DNA of 60,961 nucleotides, taken from positions 1 through 60,961 of the forward strand of contig JAUCBJ010002088.1 of assembly GCA_032718475.1 (NCBI GenBank), written 5' to 3'. The translations under genes were made by a program, and so were the position numbers. Every line of letters begins with the position of its first letter. The first letter of the stretch is position 1. Under the pieces are notes generated by a model. It ran no database searches and was not told the origin of the DNA. It saw only the letters and a list, made by a program, of their open reading frames with translations. Below, piece by piece: positions 35,213 through 47,986 of this stretch. The DNA is from Nemertoderma westbladi (lineage: Eukaryota; Animalia; Xenacoelomorpha).

Positions 35213-36190
35213 GACTATCGAGCATGGGCTAATAAAATAAGCCCACGGTCGACTGAATCCATGACACCTGTTCTATTTGTATTACTGCACCCACTTGCTA
35301 TTGAATTATTGTCATCAGTTAATTCAGTAGAATATTGCCTCATCTTTCCATCTGAATTCTTCTCAACCCAATGTACTCAACATCAACTCTGCTGTAAATT
35401 GTTCTCTCAAGTTTTAATCTGCAAATGGCAAACACTTTTATAGCACACCTAACACAAATAGCATACCGACAGTTGTTAAATCGAATACTGACATTCAACA
35501 TCTAAAAAGAGGTTCTTGTATATTTACTACGAACCGTTTTTTATTAGTGGGATCGTTTTCAATTATTCCTGATGGTTTAAAATTACGTCTAAATTTACAT
35601 GGACATATACTTGATTTTGTGAGTCATTTGTTCCAGTCCCCATTTCCATGTCCTATCAGTAGTTATGGTGAAGGTTTTTTCAAAATAGGAAAGTAATTCT
35701 CTAATTTAGTGATAGGAGATTGGACAGTATGCATCTGCTATCCAAGTACATATAATGGGCAACATGTTTTCTATGTTTCAATGTTGTGTAATTAATTATA
35801 GTCATAATATATATATATTTAATTTTTTCAGCATTTTTTTTTCAGAATTTTTTCATTTAATTTTTTTATTTAATTTCAGCCTCACTGCTTAATGAGGTCG
35901 ATGATTATGATGAGAGTGAACCGAAGATTAATGGTGGTGAATGTGTTGTCACATATGAAGGGGAGAAATGTATCTCTAATCTGTAGAGTTTTAACTCATG
36001 TATTTCTGGAAGAGGAAGAATATCTAGTCATCTTGGATAAGGCCCAAGAAATTTATATGGGATATAATTACACAACTGTTTTCAGTTTTCAGCTAATCTA
36101 GCAGCGTCAGTTTTACAATACGACCAAACGCCCATCTTCCCTACCACATGGCGCATTGGATTGCATCAAACATCCTGGCTACCTGGGCAA

Positions 36191-39100
36191 TAGGCTGGGT
36201 TGAAAAAACCAAAATTTCGAATTTAACTTTTTCTGTATTAAATAAACTGGCACAAAGGTCCTAATAAAACTCACAAAAAATATCTTTAAGTAATATTGAT
36301 GTTTGACCCCACCACCGGCCAGTTAAAGTTTCGGTTTTTTTTCTTCAAATTTAGAAATCGTTCATATTAAAACAGTTAACACTAATGTTGTTTGTTAATG
36401 TTATTAGTTTTCTTATGGTTAATATACTTCATAGTACATCATATTTTCAGATGTAAATGAGTATTTTACCAAAAAATATAATCCGACCCCCCCACAATGA
36501 TGCTAAAAAATACAATATTCTAGAAAAAAACTAATATTTCATGTAAACAAATTGCAAATCAATACACAATATAACAGTGAAAAATATCTTTGTAGGAACA
36601 ATACAACTATTTAAGGGCATGTTTAAAAGTACTATTACAAGCTGTAAATAATACTGATTAAATTTTACTTATATTAATATTATTTATTATTCAAATATTA
36701 CAGCTTTTTTAGCTATTTTTTATTAAATTTTACCAATAATAGACATTACTAATTAATAATTAACTATTTGAGAAATTACTGTAGAAATTCGAGCTACTGT
36801 AGAAATTCGAGCTACAGTAGAAAATTGAATTACTGAGTCACTTTGAGTTTATCCCGAATTTTGAGAAAATGTTCAATTAGTAATTCAGCTTGATTTTCAG
36901 AGAAAAGTCTTTCTTACTCTCGAAAACTGGCATCATCTTTTGGCTTCGAAGTCTGTGTTTAACAACACCATGCCGACGTTCAGTTCCTACTACCTTTGTA
37001 GACGCTTTTGAAACCTCTTGCACCATTCTTTCAACATGTTGGGAATGGCACTTGTAGTTTGAGGTGATAGGCTCATCTTTTAGTTCTTCTATCAAATGAT
37101 ATAAGGGTCTCGACTTTATCAGTGGTGGAACATACAACCTTGTATTAGAATCAAGAAGAGCCTCCAAGCATTGCTCTTTGCCAGTTATCTTAGGTATTTG
37201 GTATGTTCTGAGAGAAAGAGGTTCAACTAGTTCTTTAATACGGATTTGGTGAAGGATTTCTCCAGCTCTCTTACGAACACTAACGTCATCATCTGCTAAC
37301 ATGGCTAATATTACACTCTCAGAATGGGCGTAATATCCGCTGTGTTGCAGAACTGGAAGAACAATCAATTTCTCCGAATCGGTTAAATGTTGATTGCACA
37401 ATTTAATAAGCGATAGGTAGTGAACTGATCCATATTCAAGCTGCCAATTATTTCTAACATTAAACCAAATTGGAGCGTAGATATTAATAATATAGCTAAC
37501 GAGACGTTGTAGAGAATATGAAGGATTCAATGTTGCTACATATAAACGGAGAATTCTGGATCCTGTAGTTAACCAACGAGAATGGTTCACTGGCCCTGGT
37601 TTCTTGGAAAGTACATCACTTTGAACACCTGACATGACAACATGACACAAATCGAATAAATATTTCTGGTCTTTGGAGAAATCAGAAGATATTTCATCTG
37701 GAATAGTTGGAAAATTTATGTTGTGGACAGGAACAAATACTACAACATCTAGGGTGTGGCATGATGACAGATTCTTTCCAATCGGTCCAGAAAAACTGTT
37801 GGATGCAGTTGTGGGGCCATCGAGATGATTAATTAAATGTTTCATTGGAAGTTCATTTATATGTATAAAGCATATAGCTCTCTGTAAAGGTCTGTTCAGA
37901 TGTCTTTCTAGTCGGACAATCACACCAGTTTTCCACCCTGTATTGATGTTGGTACTGTCACATCCAACTGAAACAAAATAACACAAACAAACACTGAAAC
38001 ATAAATTATCGTAAATCTAATACGTATCAATATTGAACCATACTAAATCAAAACTATACTAAATCAATACGTATTATAGGTACTAGTAAGTAGATTCCAT
38101 CACACAATTAAAAAAAATTCCGGTAAGTTACATTAAGGTACTTTATAATATCCATTGTGTTCTAGAACAACTTTTATAATTTATTAACTTATTTATGTAA
38201 TGTAATATATTGATTTCTTTTATTTAATTTATATTGATTTATTTATTTATTTATTTAATTTATATTTATTTAATTTAATTTATATTTATTTATATAATTT
38301 ATTAATTAATTTATTTATGTACCCATAATGAAACCATATACTGATGCCAAATAAAGTCACAACTAACCAACAACAAGGTTATCAAATGGTTTCTGTTTCA
38401 CTTCGAAGAAACTTGTGATAGCTCTTGTTATAGCTTCAGAACCACCATCATCAGGTACAACATGCCCAATATATTCTGTTCCTGGCTCTTGGACTAATAC
38501 ATAATGTTCTTCTTTAGAAACCGTGCAAGATTTGAATAGAGTATCATCTTTTCGTCCATCGAAATATAATCCAAAAATTTCATTATTTTCTTCAAAATCA
38601 ACAACTTGTTTTCGAGCTTTCTCCCGCTCTCTTCTCATTTTGCACTTATCGATTACCATATCACTACCGATATCAGCCAAAACAGCGGAACACAATCCTG
38701 CAGATCCCCGATCACTCACACCAAAACGATCAGCAATCATTGAAACATTTGGAAGAGACAATGTCTTTCGTTTGGTACCTGTAGTAACTTTATATTTCAC
38801 AGTTTTATCATTGCCATTTTCTTCATCCAAATCAGCAACATCAACCTCGGTCTCAGACAATGATAAGCTGTTATCAACTTCAACGGTAGTGTCATTCAAA
38901 ACTTCAATTAAATTTTCACCTTTTTTCGTATCACTTCGATTTAAACTTCGAATTCGAGATTCAGTTGCTTTCATATCAATACTGGAAGAAATTACCATCA
39001 ATCTCGTAGACCGCTGATCTGTAATAAAATCGCACTCGTTTGGATGGATTTTATTCCAAGCTTTACAACTGCAGTTCCTCGGAGAACTGCAGTGACAGGT

Positions 39101-40272
39101 ACAAATATCAAACAGATTCGTTATCTTGTTTCGATAATCACCAAATCGTTTAGAAACCTCCTCTTTCTCTCGTCGACCAACTGGAATTTGCAGTAAAACT
39201 CGACTTTCATTGTAGAGTTTGTAAATCCGTTCTGCAAGGTTGGTAACAGAAGAAACAGTTGGCAAGCTGGCGTATTTCCATATATCAAGGAGGTCAGCAG
39301 CACAAGATCGACTTGCAATTTTCAAGTTCATTGCACCATTAACATCCTTATTTCTCAGATACAACAAATGTTGCATGCATTCCAAGCCAGTTGGTAATTT
39401 GTTGCCAACAAATTGGTTTGGATAACCAAAAAATTCATCACGGTGACGAAGTAAGGTTGACATAACTAACACAGTTAAAGTCGGTAGTGTAATACAGTCT
39501 TAACTTTTAGACTTACAGAATTCAAAATATTCAAGAAAAATATAGTACCGGTACGCGATTTGCCTAACTACACTACGGCTGTATTTAATATTATTGCTGT
39601 ACAGCAGTAGCGCAATTTACTGATCTCTACTGGCACCTATTATTTCTTGCATACGTCTACTGTATTTCCAGATACAGTATGGTAACTTGTAGGCTTAGCT
39701 TAACTACGGTACCCTACTGGGCTACTACTCTATGCTGAACTCAGTTCAAATTAGTTTCCACACCAGTGGTGTTTACCGGTGACTAGTAGTTCTAGCATAC
39801 ATTTATGTGTGCAGATACAGTAACTTGTAGTCTTAGCTTAACTACTCTACTCTCTGCTGAACTGCCATATAGCTCTAATTTTTTATTTGGGAACTTTGAT
39901 GTGAAGTGGTATACATATACCAGTCTTATTATTTACATTGAATTTTTTTCAAGAATATTTCCTTTTTCAGCATCATTGTGGGGAGGTCAGATCATGTTTT
40001 TAGGTAAAATACTCGTTTACATCTGAAAACATAATGTTCTGCGAAGCATATTAACCATAAGAAAACAATTAAATATTAACACCAGTGAGTTTTGTTTCGA
40101 GATCAAAAATTTCAAAATTTTGAAAAACCAAAAACTTTAACTGGCCGGTGGGGGGGTCAAACATCAATATTACTTAAAGATATTTTTTGTGTGTTTTATT
40201 GGGACCTATGTGCCAGTTTTTTTCATACAGAAAAAGTCAAATTCGAAATTTTGGTTTTTTCAACCCAGCCTA
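36191..40272 (-). mobile_element. hAT-superfamily (hATm-like) DNA transposon, 4082 bp
   Basis: TAGGCTGGGTTG...CAACCCAGCCTA termini with ~340-bp imperfect TIRs; 8-bp TSD CTGGGCAA at 36183-36190 and 40273-40280; empty site at 49277-49284. Confidence 0.95.
36877..39463 (-). CDS. hATm-like transposase, 728 aa, two exons (39463-38368, 37967-36877)
   Basis: FDGRKD, GCDSTNINTG, CFIHINEL, SRWLTT, CHSQHVER; a 400-bp GT-AG phase-1 intron joins NLVV-V-GCDS in frame. Confidence 0.9.
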
Positions 40273-40859
40273 CTGGGCAAGGACCAAGAAAGACAACGTC
40301 GAGAAAGAATCTCGACGTTAACCTTATATGTATACCCATATTGTAATACGTAATCTTATTTTTAAATTGGTAGTTTTTTTTGTTGCCTGGGGAAAAAGTT
40401 CTATTTTTTTTATTTTAATCGATTATTTTTTGTAATCGATTTATTTGCACTTATTGCATAATCCATTAAAGTTCGTGTTACCAGTAGCAGTACGTAGATA
40501 ACTGTAAAAGCTTTTGCGGATATAACCAGTCATTTTCTCCGCAATATACAGTATAGGTGTTTTAGCGGACATAACAAGCCATTTTCTCCGCAATGTACCG
40601 TGTGGGTATTTTAGCGGACATAACAAACCATTTACGCCGCAATGTGCTAATACTCTAAATAGATTGTAGTTCTGATGACGAAATCTGTTAGCTGATTTAC
40701 TGTCGATGTGGAACCTCTCTTTGTTCAGCTCGCTCAGCTCAGCCAAACAGAGCGATTTTCATTTTATCTTGTACAGAAAATCGCTCTGATTGGCTGAGCT
40801 GATCTGAGCTGAGCTTATAAACGTTTACAGTGTAACTTATGTAAACTACGTAAAACTCC

Positions 40860-43800
40860 CGAGTTATTATCATGTTATGACAATATTCTTAAAGATCAAT
40901 TACGTCGTGATTTTATAGAATTAGTTGAAGTAAATAGTCCTAGTGAGCCTAGTGATATACATTCCGGATCAGTGGTACATTATTTACCACACCGAGGCGT
41001 TCTTAAACCTGAATCATCTACCACGCCATTACGGATTGTATATGATTGCTCATCACGCTCAGCCCCTAATTATCCTAGTTTAAATGATAATCTTTATTCG
41101 GGTCCAGACCTAAATAATTTATTGTGCAATTTGTTATTACGTTTCTGTTTACATCCTTATTGTGCTATAGCTGACATAGAAAAAGCCTTTCTACAAATAG
41201 GCTTAGATCAATCTGATAGCGATTGTACAAGATTTTTATGGATCCAGGATCCATTTGACCCTTTTAGTCAATTAGTGCATATCGTTTTAAAGTTATTTTA
41301 TTCGGAGCTACGTGTAGCCAATTCTTATTGAATGCTACAATAAAATATCACCTCAATAAATATTCTTCAAATATTGCTGAGAAAATAAGCGAAGGTATTT
41401 ATGTTGACAATCTACAGTGTATGGAGCCAACAGAGACAGAATTAATAGATATTTACCGTCAAAGTAAACAAATTTTAACTAAAGGTGGATTTCCATTGCG
41501 ACAATGGGTAACGAATTCCCCAAAATTACAGGAAATCATTGTAACCAATAACGACTGACCTAAAACGTATAAAAGTACTGTTTAAGTTACTTGGTATGTT
41601 GTGGCACATTACTGAAGATAAACTCGGGTTTGTCTCCAATGAAATTATTTCTCCTGATATTATAACAAAGAGAGTGATTGTTAGTTTGTCTGCGAAGGTT
41701 TTTGACCCATATGGTTTTCTACTGCCAATAACAATTCGCTCTCATATTCTTATACAGCAACTTTGGCATTTACAATTAGACTGGGATGCAACCATTCGCA
41801 GCGATTTAGTTTCAGTTTGGAACTTATTACTTACAGACCTAAATGGAGCAGCCATGTTGACAATTCCTAGACAGCTCCCATTGGCTCCAATAATCGACTT
41901 ACACTGCTTTAGTGACGCTTCTAAAAAAGCATTCGGTGCTGTAATTTACATTGTAAATGAAAATGGTTCATTTTTTATTACAGCAAAATCGAGAGTGACT
42001 CCAATTAAACAATCGAAACCTTCTTTACCTAACCTCGAGTTGATAGCTTTTAATATTGGAGCTCGGTTGGTAAATTATATTTCTGATGTGTATTCATCGA
42101 TATTTACTCCACGTTCGTTAAATCTGTGGACTGACAGTCAGTTAGTGCTACATTGGGTGAATAGCACTAAAGTTTTGAAACCTTTCAGAAAAACTCGCGT
42201 AGACGAAATTCACAGGTTGGTACCTATGGCAACCATTCGTTATGTACCTACCAAAGACAATCCTGCAGACTTGTTAACTCGTGTGATTAGTTATTCGCAA
42301 TTTTTAACTTTGAATATTTGGGTAAACGGCCCCGATTGGCTGATTACACCATGTGATTTGGCCCCAACAACCATCATATGGATTTGAACACGAAACTGCG
42401 GGCCTAGTTTCTTCCTCCATACCGGTAGTTGTAGACAGTTTAAGTGAAACTGAAAGTAAAGTTTATCACGTCAATAAACCTATCATCGATATATCAATGT
42501 TTAATAGTTATAACAAACTTATCAACGTTACAGCTTGGGTTATAAAGTTCATTAGTTGTTACAAAATTAAAACGAAAACGACAAATACCTGGAAATCTGG
42601 CAATAAATTGCCATCCTTATCTGTTAGTGATATTAATTCAGCCCAAACTTATTGGTTTCGTCAAGTTCAGTACGAAACATTTTATTCTGAAATACAGCAC
42701 TTAAAGAAACAAGTCGATTCTACCAGGACTACTAAACCCCCTCATTTAATTCGGCAACTAAATTTATTCCTACACAATGGAGTTATTCGGTCCAAAGGTC
42801 GGATCGACCATGCTGACCTTGATTGGACAACGAAATGTCCGATCTTTATTCCGAGTAAACATAAGTTTACTGAGTTACTTATTCTTGAAACTCATAATCG
42901 ATTTTTACACTGTGGTGTTACAGAAACAGTTGTAAACTTGCGACAAGTCTTTTGGATCTCACGTATACGACAACGTGTCAATTCAATACTCCGGCTATGT
43001 GTTTCCTGTCGCCGAGTTCAAGGTCGACCTTACACAACTCCACCAGAACCTCAACTTCCGCCATTCGAGTAAGGATTGCTAATCCATTTCAAGTTTCTGG
43101 TGTCGATTATACGGGATATTTGCTTGTTAAGGAGAACGAATTAATTACTAAGGCTCATATAGCTTTATTCACTTGTATGGCCTCATGAGCCATTCACTTA
43201 GAGGTCGTTAGCGATAACTCTACAACTGAATTCATAATGGAATTGAGACAGTTTATTGGACGTCGAGGCTGCCCTACTCAGTTTATTAGTGATAACACGC
43301 ATCCACTTTCGTTTCTGCTGATATTAATCTACAAGACCTACATTCTGATCCGTCCGTTTGAAGCTACTTGCTTTTACAACGAATTGTGTGGCGTTTCATA
43401 TCTCCATCTAGTCTGTGGATGGGAGGTACATGGGAACGACTCATAAAGATGACCAAGTTAACATTAAAGAAAACTTTAAAGAAATCTTTAGTTTCTATTG
43501 ACCAACTGCGTACAATAGTTGTAGAGATAGAATCTCTTATAAACGATCGGCCATTGACCTACATGAGTTCCGAACCGGATGAAATACTTCCACTAACTCC
43601 CTCTCATTTACTTTATGGAAGAAAACTAAACGGTTTAAATATTATTTCCGATGTTTTAGAACTTATATCTGATCCCTCATACGGAAGCGATGACGAAACA
43701 TATGTTAGGAAACAATATTTACATATTACAACATTGATTAGTAACTTTTGGCGACATTGGAACCAGGAGTACCTGGTAGCACTACGTGAAAGACATCAAT

Positions 43801-44670
43801 ATACAACATCTCTGACTGAAGTCGTTCCAAAATTCGGAGACATTGTTCTAATCGGCAGCGATAACCTTCCTCGGATGCAATGGCCGTTAGGGAGGATTAT
43901 AATGCTCCATCCAGGACAGGATGACTATGTACGTTCCGTTTCATTGAAAACTCGTCATGGTGTTTTGAAACGCCCAGTGAAACGCTCTTATCCATTAGAA
44001 ATTAACCATTCCGAAATGCTAGTTGACAAAAATGGCGATCTTCAAATTCAAAGCACATCGGAATCCACCGACAAGATTTACAGAGAACGAGGAAACGTGC
44101 AACGATCACGCATAAAAATATAGAATCGTGTATTAAAAAATTGTCAAGTGACGATTCAGATAGCGAGGCATAAAATTTAACTAAAAAGTAACAAAATATC
44201 AGTTTACAATAAATTATACATATTTTTATTTAACCCGTTGACAAATATACAGTAGTTAGATATAAATTATTTTTCTATATGTAATTTTTTTTTTTTCGTT
44301 AATAATACAAATTGTTGATTTGTACAGATTTGTAGTGTATGAAAGTTATTAAATTGAAGCATACATACGCATAAAGTTGTCATTGTGTGATATACGGTAT
44401 ATATATTTTTTTGTCATAAATATTTTGTTTTCGGAAATTTTTTTTTCGGTGGTGGAGGATGTAACAAATACAGTATATATTACCACCCTATATAAGGCTC
44501 ATATTATTATAACAAGTACATCTACTACGGTACTGAGAGTTTCAGTGTTTACCATTCAATATTATGTATTACCTTGCCTAAGCTTAATATACTGCTGTAC
44601 TGATCGAGGTCATGTTTTATATATACAGTATATAATATTTCTGTTCTGCCATTCCCGAACATTCAGAACA
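40860..44670 (+). mobile_element. Decayed AT-rich BEL/Pao element (second family), 5'-truncated pol and probable 3' LTR
   Basis: YLPHRGV, DIEKAF, YVDN, FDPYG, FSDAS, NPAD, GVDY, WERL across frameshifted ORFs; purine tract GGTGGTGGAGGA then TG at 44460 to CA at ~44670. Confidence 0.9.
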
Positions 44671-45114
44671 TATAGGAACTGATCTAGGGATATAACTTTT
44701 ATTGACGCAATGGTGGGACTATTTCCGCCATCACAATATATACTCAAATATACTACCCCCCCCCCCCCCATCCCGTCTCAATAGGGCTCCTATCTGTGCC
44801 CCCAGCTCATATCTCCATTACAACCTTTATAAAGTATTAGTTAACATAACCAGGTATTGTATTAGTCAACCAATAAGTAAAGTGATATTAACCTTTATTG
44901 GTGTTACAGTGGATTGTGTGGGCTGTACATCATACAGTAGGGGCCTACCATAATTGATGGTTAGGCCCAATCACGCAATCACCTGCTTTAATTTAGTTGT
45001 TTGTGATTGGTTACAGCCAACAGCTGCTCTGTTACTTAAATTTAAGTAGTATAAGAAGAGCGATGAAAATGTTTCTCCTATCCATTTGTGCCAGCCACTT
45101 CATGTATTTTCAAT

Positions 45115-45759
45115 ATGGCAGCTACCCACAAATCGCGTTTTAATCTATCAAACCCTGATTTTACCAAGGTTTGTCCTGTGGGGCACCTCCACGAGGTTGC
45201 CATTGTCGGTTCATCCCACCCGGATCATATCTTTGATTTCATCCAGCGTGAGCCAAACGCTGACAACAACTTTGGGCTCTCCCCGACAGTTGCCAATGTT
45301 CATTTTCAGTGCGGATCGGGTCGTGTATTCGAAACACATAACGCCCAGAACATCATGCACTCATGGGAGTGTAATCCCTGTATCATTGTTTTGATGTTTG
45401 GAGGGAATGAGCTCTGCGATCCTAACAAGACCGTGGAATTTGTTGCTTCTAAACTAAAAACTCTGATATGGGATTACGAGAGCCTGGGTGTTGTTGTTCT
45501 GTGGTTGCATGTGTTTCCACGTTTCATGGCTCGAAATGGGCTTGCGTTGCAGGTGGATTTTGAAGAGAGAAGGGTGGCGTTGAATGCAGAGATGGACTCG
45601 TGGTTGTGTCGGACATCCACTGCCTCCGCTATCGTCCTGCAAGGATGTTTGAACGTGCCGACCAGGGGTGCCCTGGATCATCTGAGTGATATGGGGCAGT
45701 GGAAGCTGTACCATGCCGTCAGGCATGCGCTTCTTACTGCAGTGTGGCGCCTGCAGTAA
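45115..45759 (+). CDS. SGNH/GDSL-type hydrolase-like protein, 214 aa, intronless
   Basis: VAIVGSSH (block I), VLMFGGNEL (block III), LHVFPR, LDHLSDMG (block V); CCAAT boxes ~44967 and ~45006, TATAAG ~45050, AATAAA 45971. Confidence 0.7.
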   Translation: MAATHKSRFNLSNPDFTKVCPVGHLHEVAIVGSSHPDHIFDFIQREPNADNNFGLSPTVANVHFQCGSGRVFETHNAQNIMHSWECNPCIIVLMFGGNELCDPNKTVEFVASKLKTLIWDYESLGVVVLWLHVFPRFMARNGLALQVDFEERRVALNAEMDSWLCRTSTASAIVLQGCLNVPTRGALDHLSDMGQWKLYHAVRHALLTAVWRLQ

Positions 45760-46776
45760 GATAGCAAACAGGGCCCTCGGGCATTGCATTGCCCCATTAT
45801 TGGGGCATTACTCCTGCCTGCCTGACTCCCTTTGTTACTTTGAAATGGCCTGAATGTGAGGCCTTTCGAAGGATTAATGCAGTATGGTAATTGTACTGTA
45901 AAGGGTTATGATTTTGTTTACTTGTTAAGTATTTCTTAATATTGCTTAAACAAGTAAATATGTGTAAACAAATAAATCAAACATAATATTAGGCATATAC
46001 AATTCTTATTGTAGCCAACATACCACATTTTTATTGGGGTATTTACACTAAGAATACATGCTTGCAATTACCTGCTACACCGGACTGCTTCTAGCTCTAC
46101 AGTATGCATATGATCGTTGAATCTGATGATGTTGATCTCAGTTAAATAGGATTTACCTCAATATTAGTTTATTGTTTTGTTGTATCTCAACAAGACTCTT
46201 TAACCCGATTTTTTTTACTAATCCATTAATATACAGGCGTACAGGTACACGTAGGTGGCGGTGTGAAATTAACACACATTTAACTCAGACCCCCCCCCCC
46301 CCCCCCCCCCCCGCCCGTTTTCTTGACTTCTGGACGTACCGGTACTGTAATAGAGATTTTTCCGTACCGGATATGTGTAATTGATTAATGAAACAATAAT
46401 TGATTAATTTCCCTAAGTTTGAACTATTCTGTTATTTCCTTTTTAGATTGTTGCAATAGCTACCCAATAGCTTATCTTCCAACAATTATACTGACTTGTT
46501 TCCATGGCTAACTATAATCATTTTCAGATTCATCAACATACATTTGATATTTTTAAATTCAATGCTGGTAGGTAAGTGATACCGGTTAGCTAACAGTAAC
46601 TAATCAGAATAAATTAATGTCAGTTTAAATCTCTCTGTCTGTTTTAGTAACTGTTAAATTGTTTTTTGTTGATCTTAACCTGTTTTTATTCCCGATTTAG
46701 GTTTGATATTACATATATCTTACTGTTGTTCGTTTCGGTAACTGTTCGTTTACTACAGAGGTATCAGTCAGTATAG

Positions 46777-47986
46777 CTTGCGACAAGTCTTTTGGATCTC
46801 ACGTATACGACAACGTGTCAATTCAATACTCCGGCTATGTGTTTCCTGTCGCCGCGTTCAAGGTCGACCTTACACAACTCCACCAGAACCTCAACTTCCG
46901 CCATTTCGAGTAAGGATTGCTAATCCATTTCAAGTTTCTGGTGTCGATTATACGGGATATTTGCTTGTTAAGGAGAACGAATTAATTACTAAGGCTCATA
47001 TAGCTTTATTCACTTGTATGGCCTCATGAGCCATTCAATTAGAGGTCGTTAGCGATAACTCTACAACTGAATTCATAATGGAATTGAGACGGTTTATTGG
47101 ACGTCGAGGCTGCCCTACTCAGCTTATTAGTGATAACGCATCCACTTTCGTTTCTGCTGATATTAATCTACAAGACCTACATTCTGATCCGTCCGTTCGA
47201 AGCTACTTGCTTTTACAACGAATTGTGTGGCGTTTCATATCTCCATCTAGTCTGTGGATGGGAGGTACATGGGAACGACTCGTAAAGATGACCAAGTTAA
47301 CATTAAAGAAAACTTTAAAGAAATCTTTAGTTTCTATTGACCAACTGCGTACAATAGTTGTAGAGATAGAATCTCTTATAAACGATCGGCCATTGACCTA
47401 CATGAGTTCCGAACCAGATGAAATACTTCCACTAACTCCCTCTCATTTACTTTATGGAAGAAAACTAAACGGTTTAAATATTATTTCCGATGTTTTAGAA
47501 CTTATATCTGATCCCTCATACGGAAGCGATGACGAAACATATGTTAGGAAACAATATTTACATATTACAACATTGATTAGTAACTTCTGGCGACATTGGA
47601 ACCAGGAGTACCTGGTAGCACTACGTGAAAGACATCAATATACAACATCTCTGACTGAAGTCGTTCCAAAAGTCGGAGACATTGTTCTAATCGGCAGCGA
47701 TAACCTTCCTCGGATGCAATGGCCGTTAGGGAGGATTATAATGCTCCATCCAGGACAGGATGACTATGTACGTTCCGTTTCATTGAAAACTCGTCATGGT
47801 GTTTTGAAACGCCCAGTGAAACGCTCTTATCCATTAGAAATTAACCATTCCGAAATGCTAGTTGACGAAAATGGCGATCTTCAAAGCACATCGGAATCCA
47901 CCGACAAGATTTACAGAGAACGAGAGAAACGTGCAACGATCACGCATAAAAATATAGAATCGTGTATTAAAAAATTGTCAAGTGAC
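46777..47986 (+). mobile_element. BEL family 2 integrase fragment at the duplication junction
   Basis: Homologous to ~42937-44152 but with fewer lesions; 306-aa open frame containing SDNA and WERL. Confidence 0.9.

Larger units (their letters stand above)
34892..46776. repeat. Tandem duplication, unit 1 (contains the hAT insertion)
   Basis: 34892-36190 plus 40281-46776 match 47986-55776; offsets 13094 and 9004 differ by exactly hAT plus TSD (4090). Confidence 0.95.
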
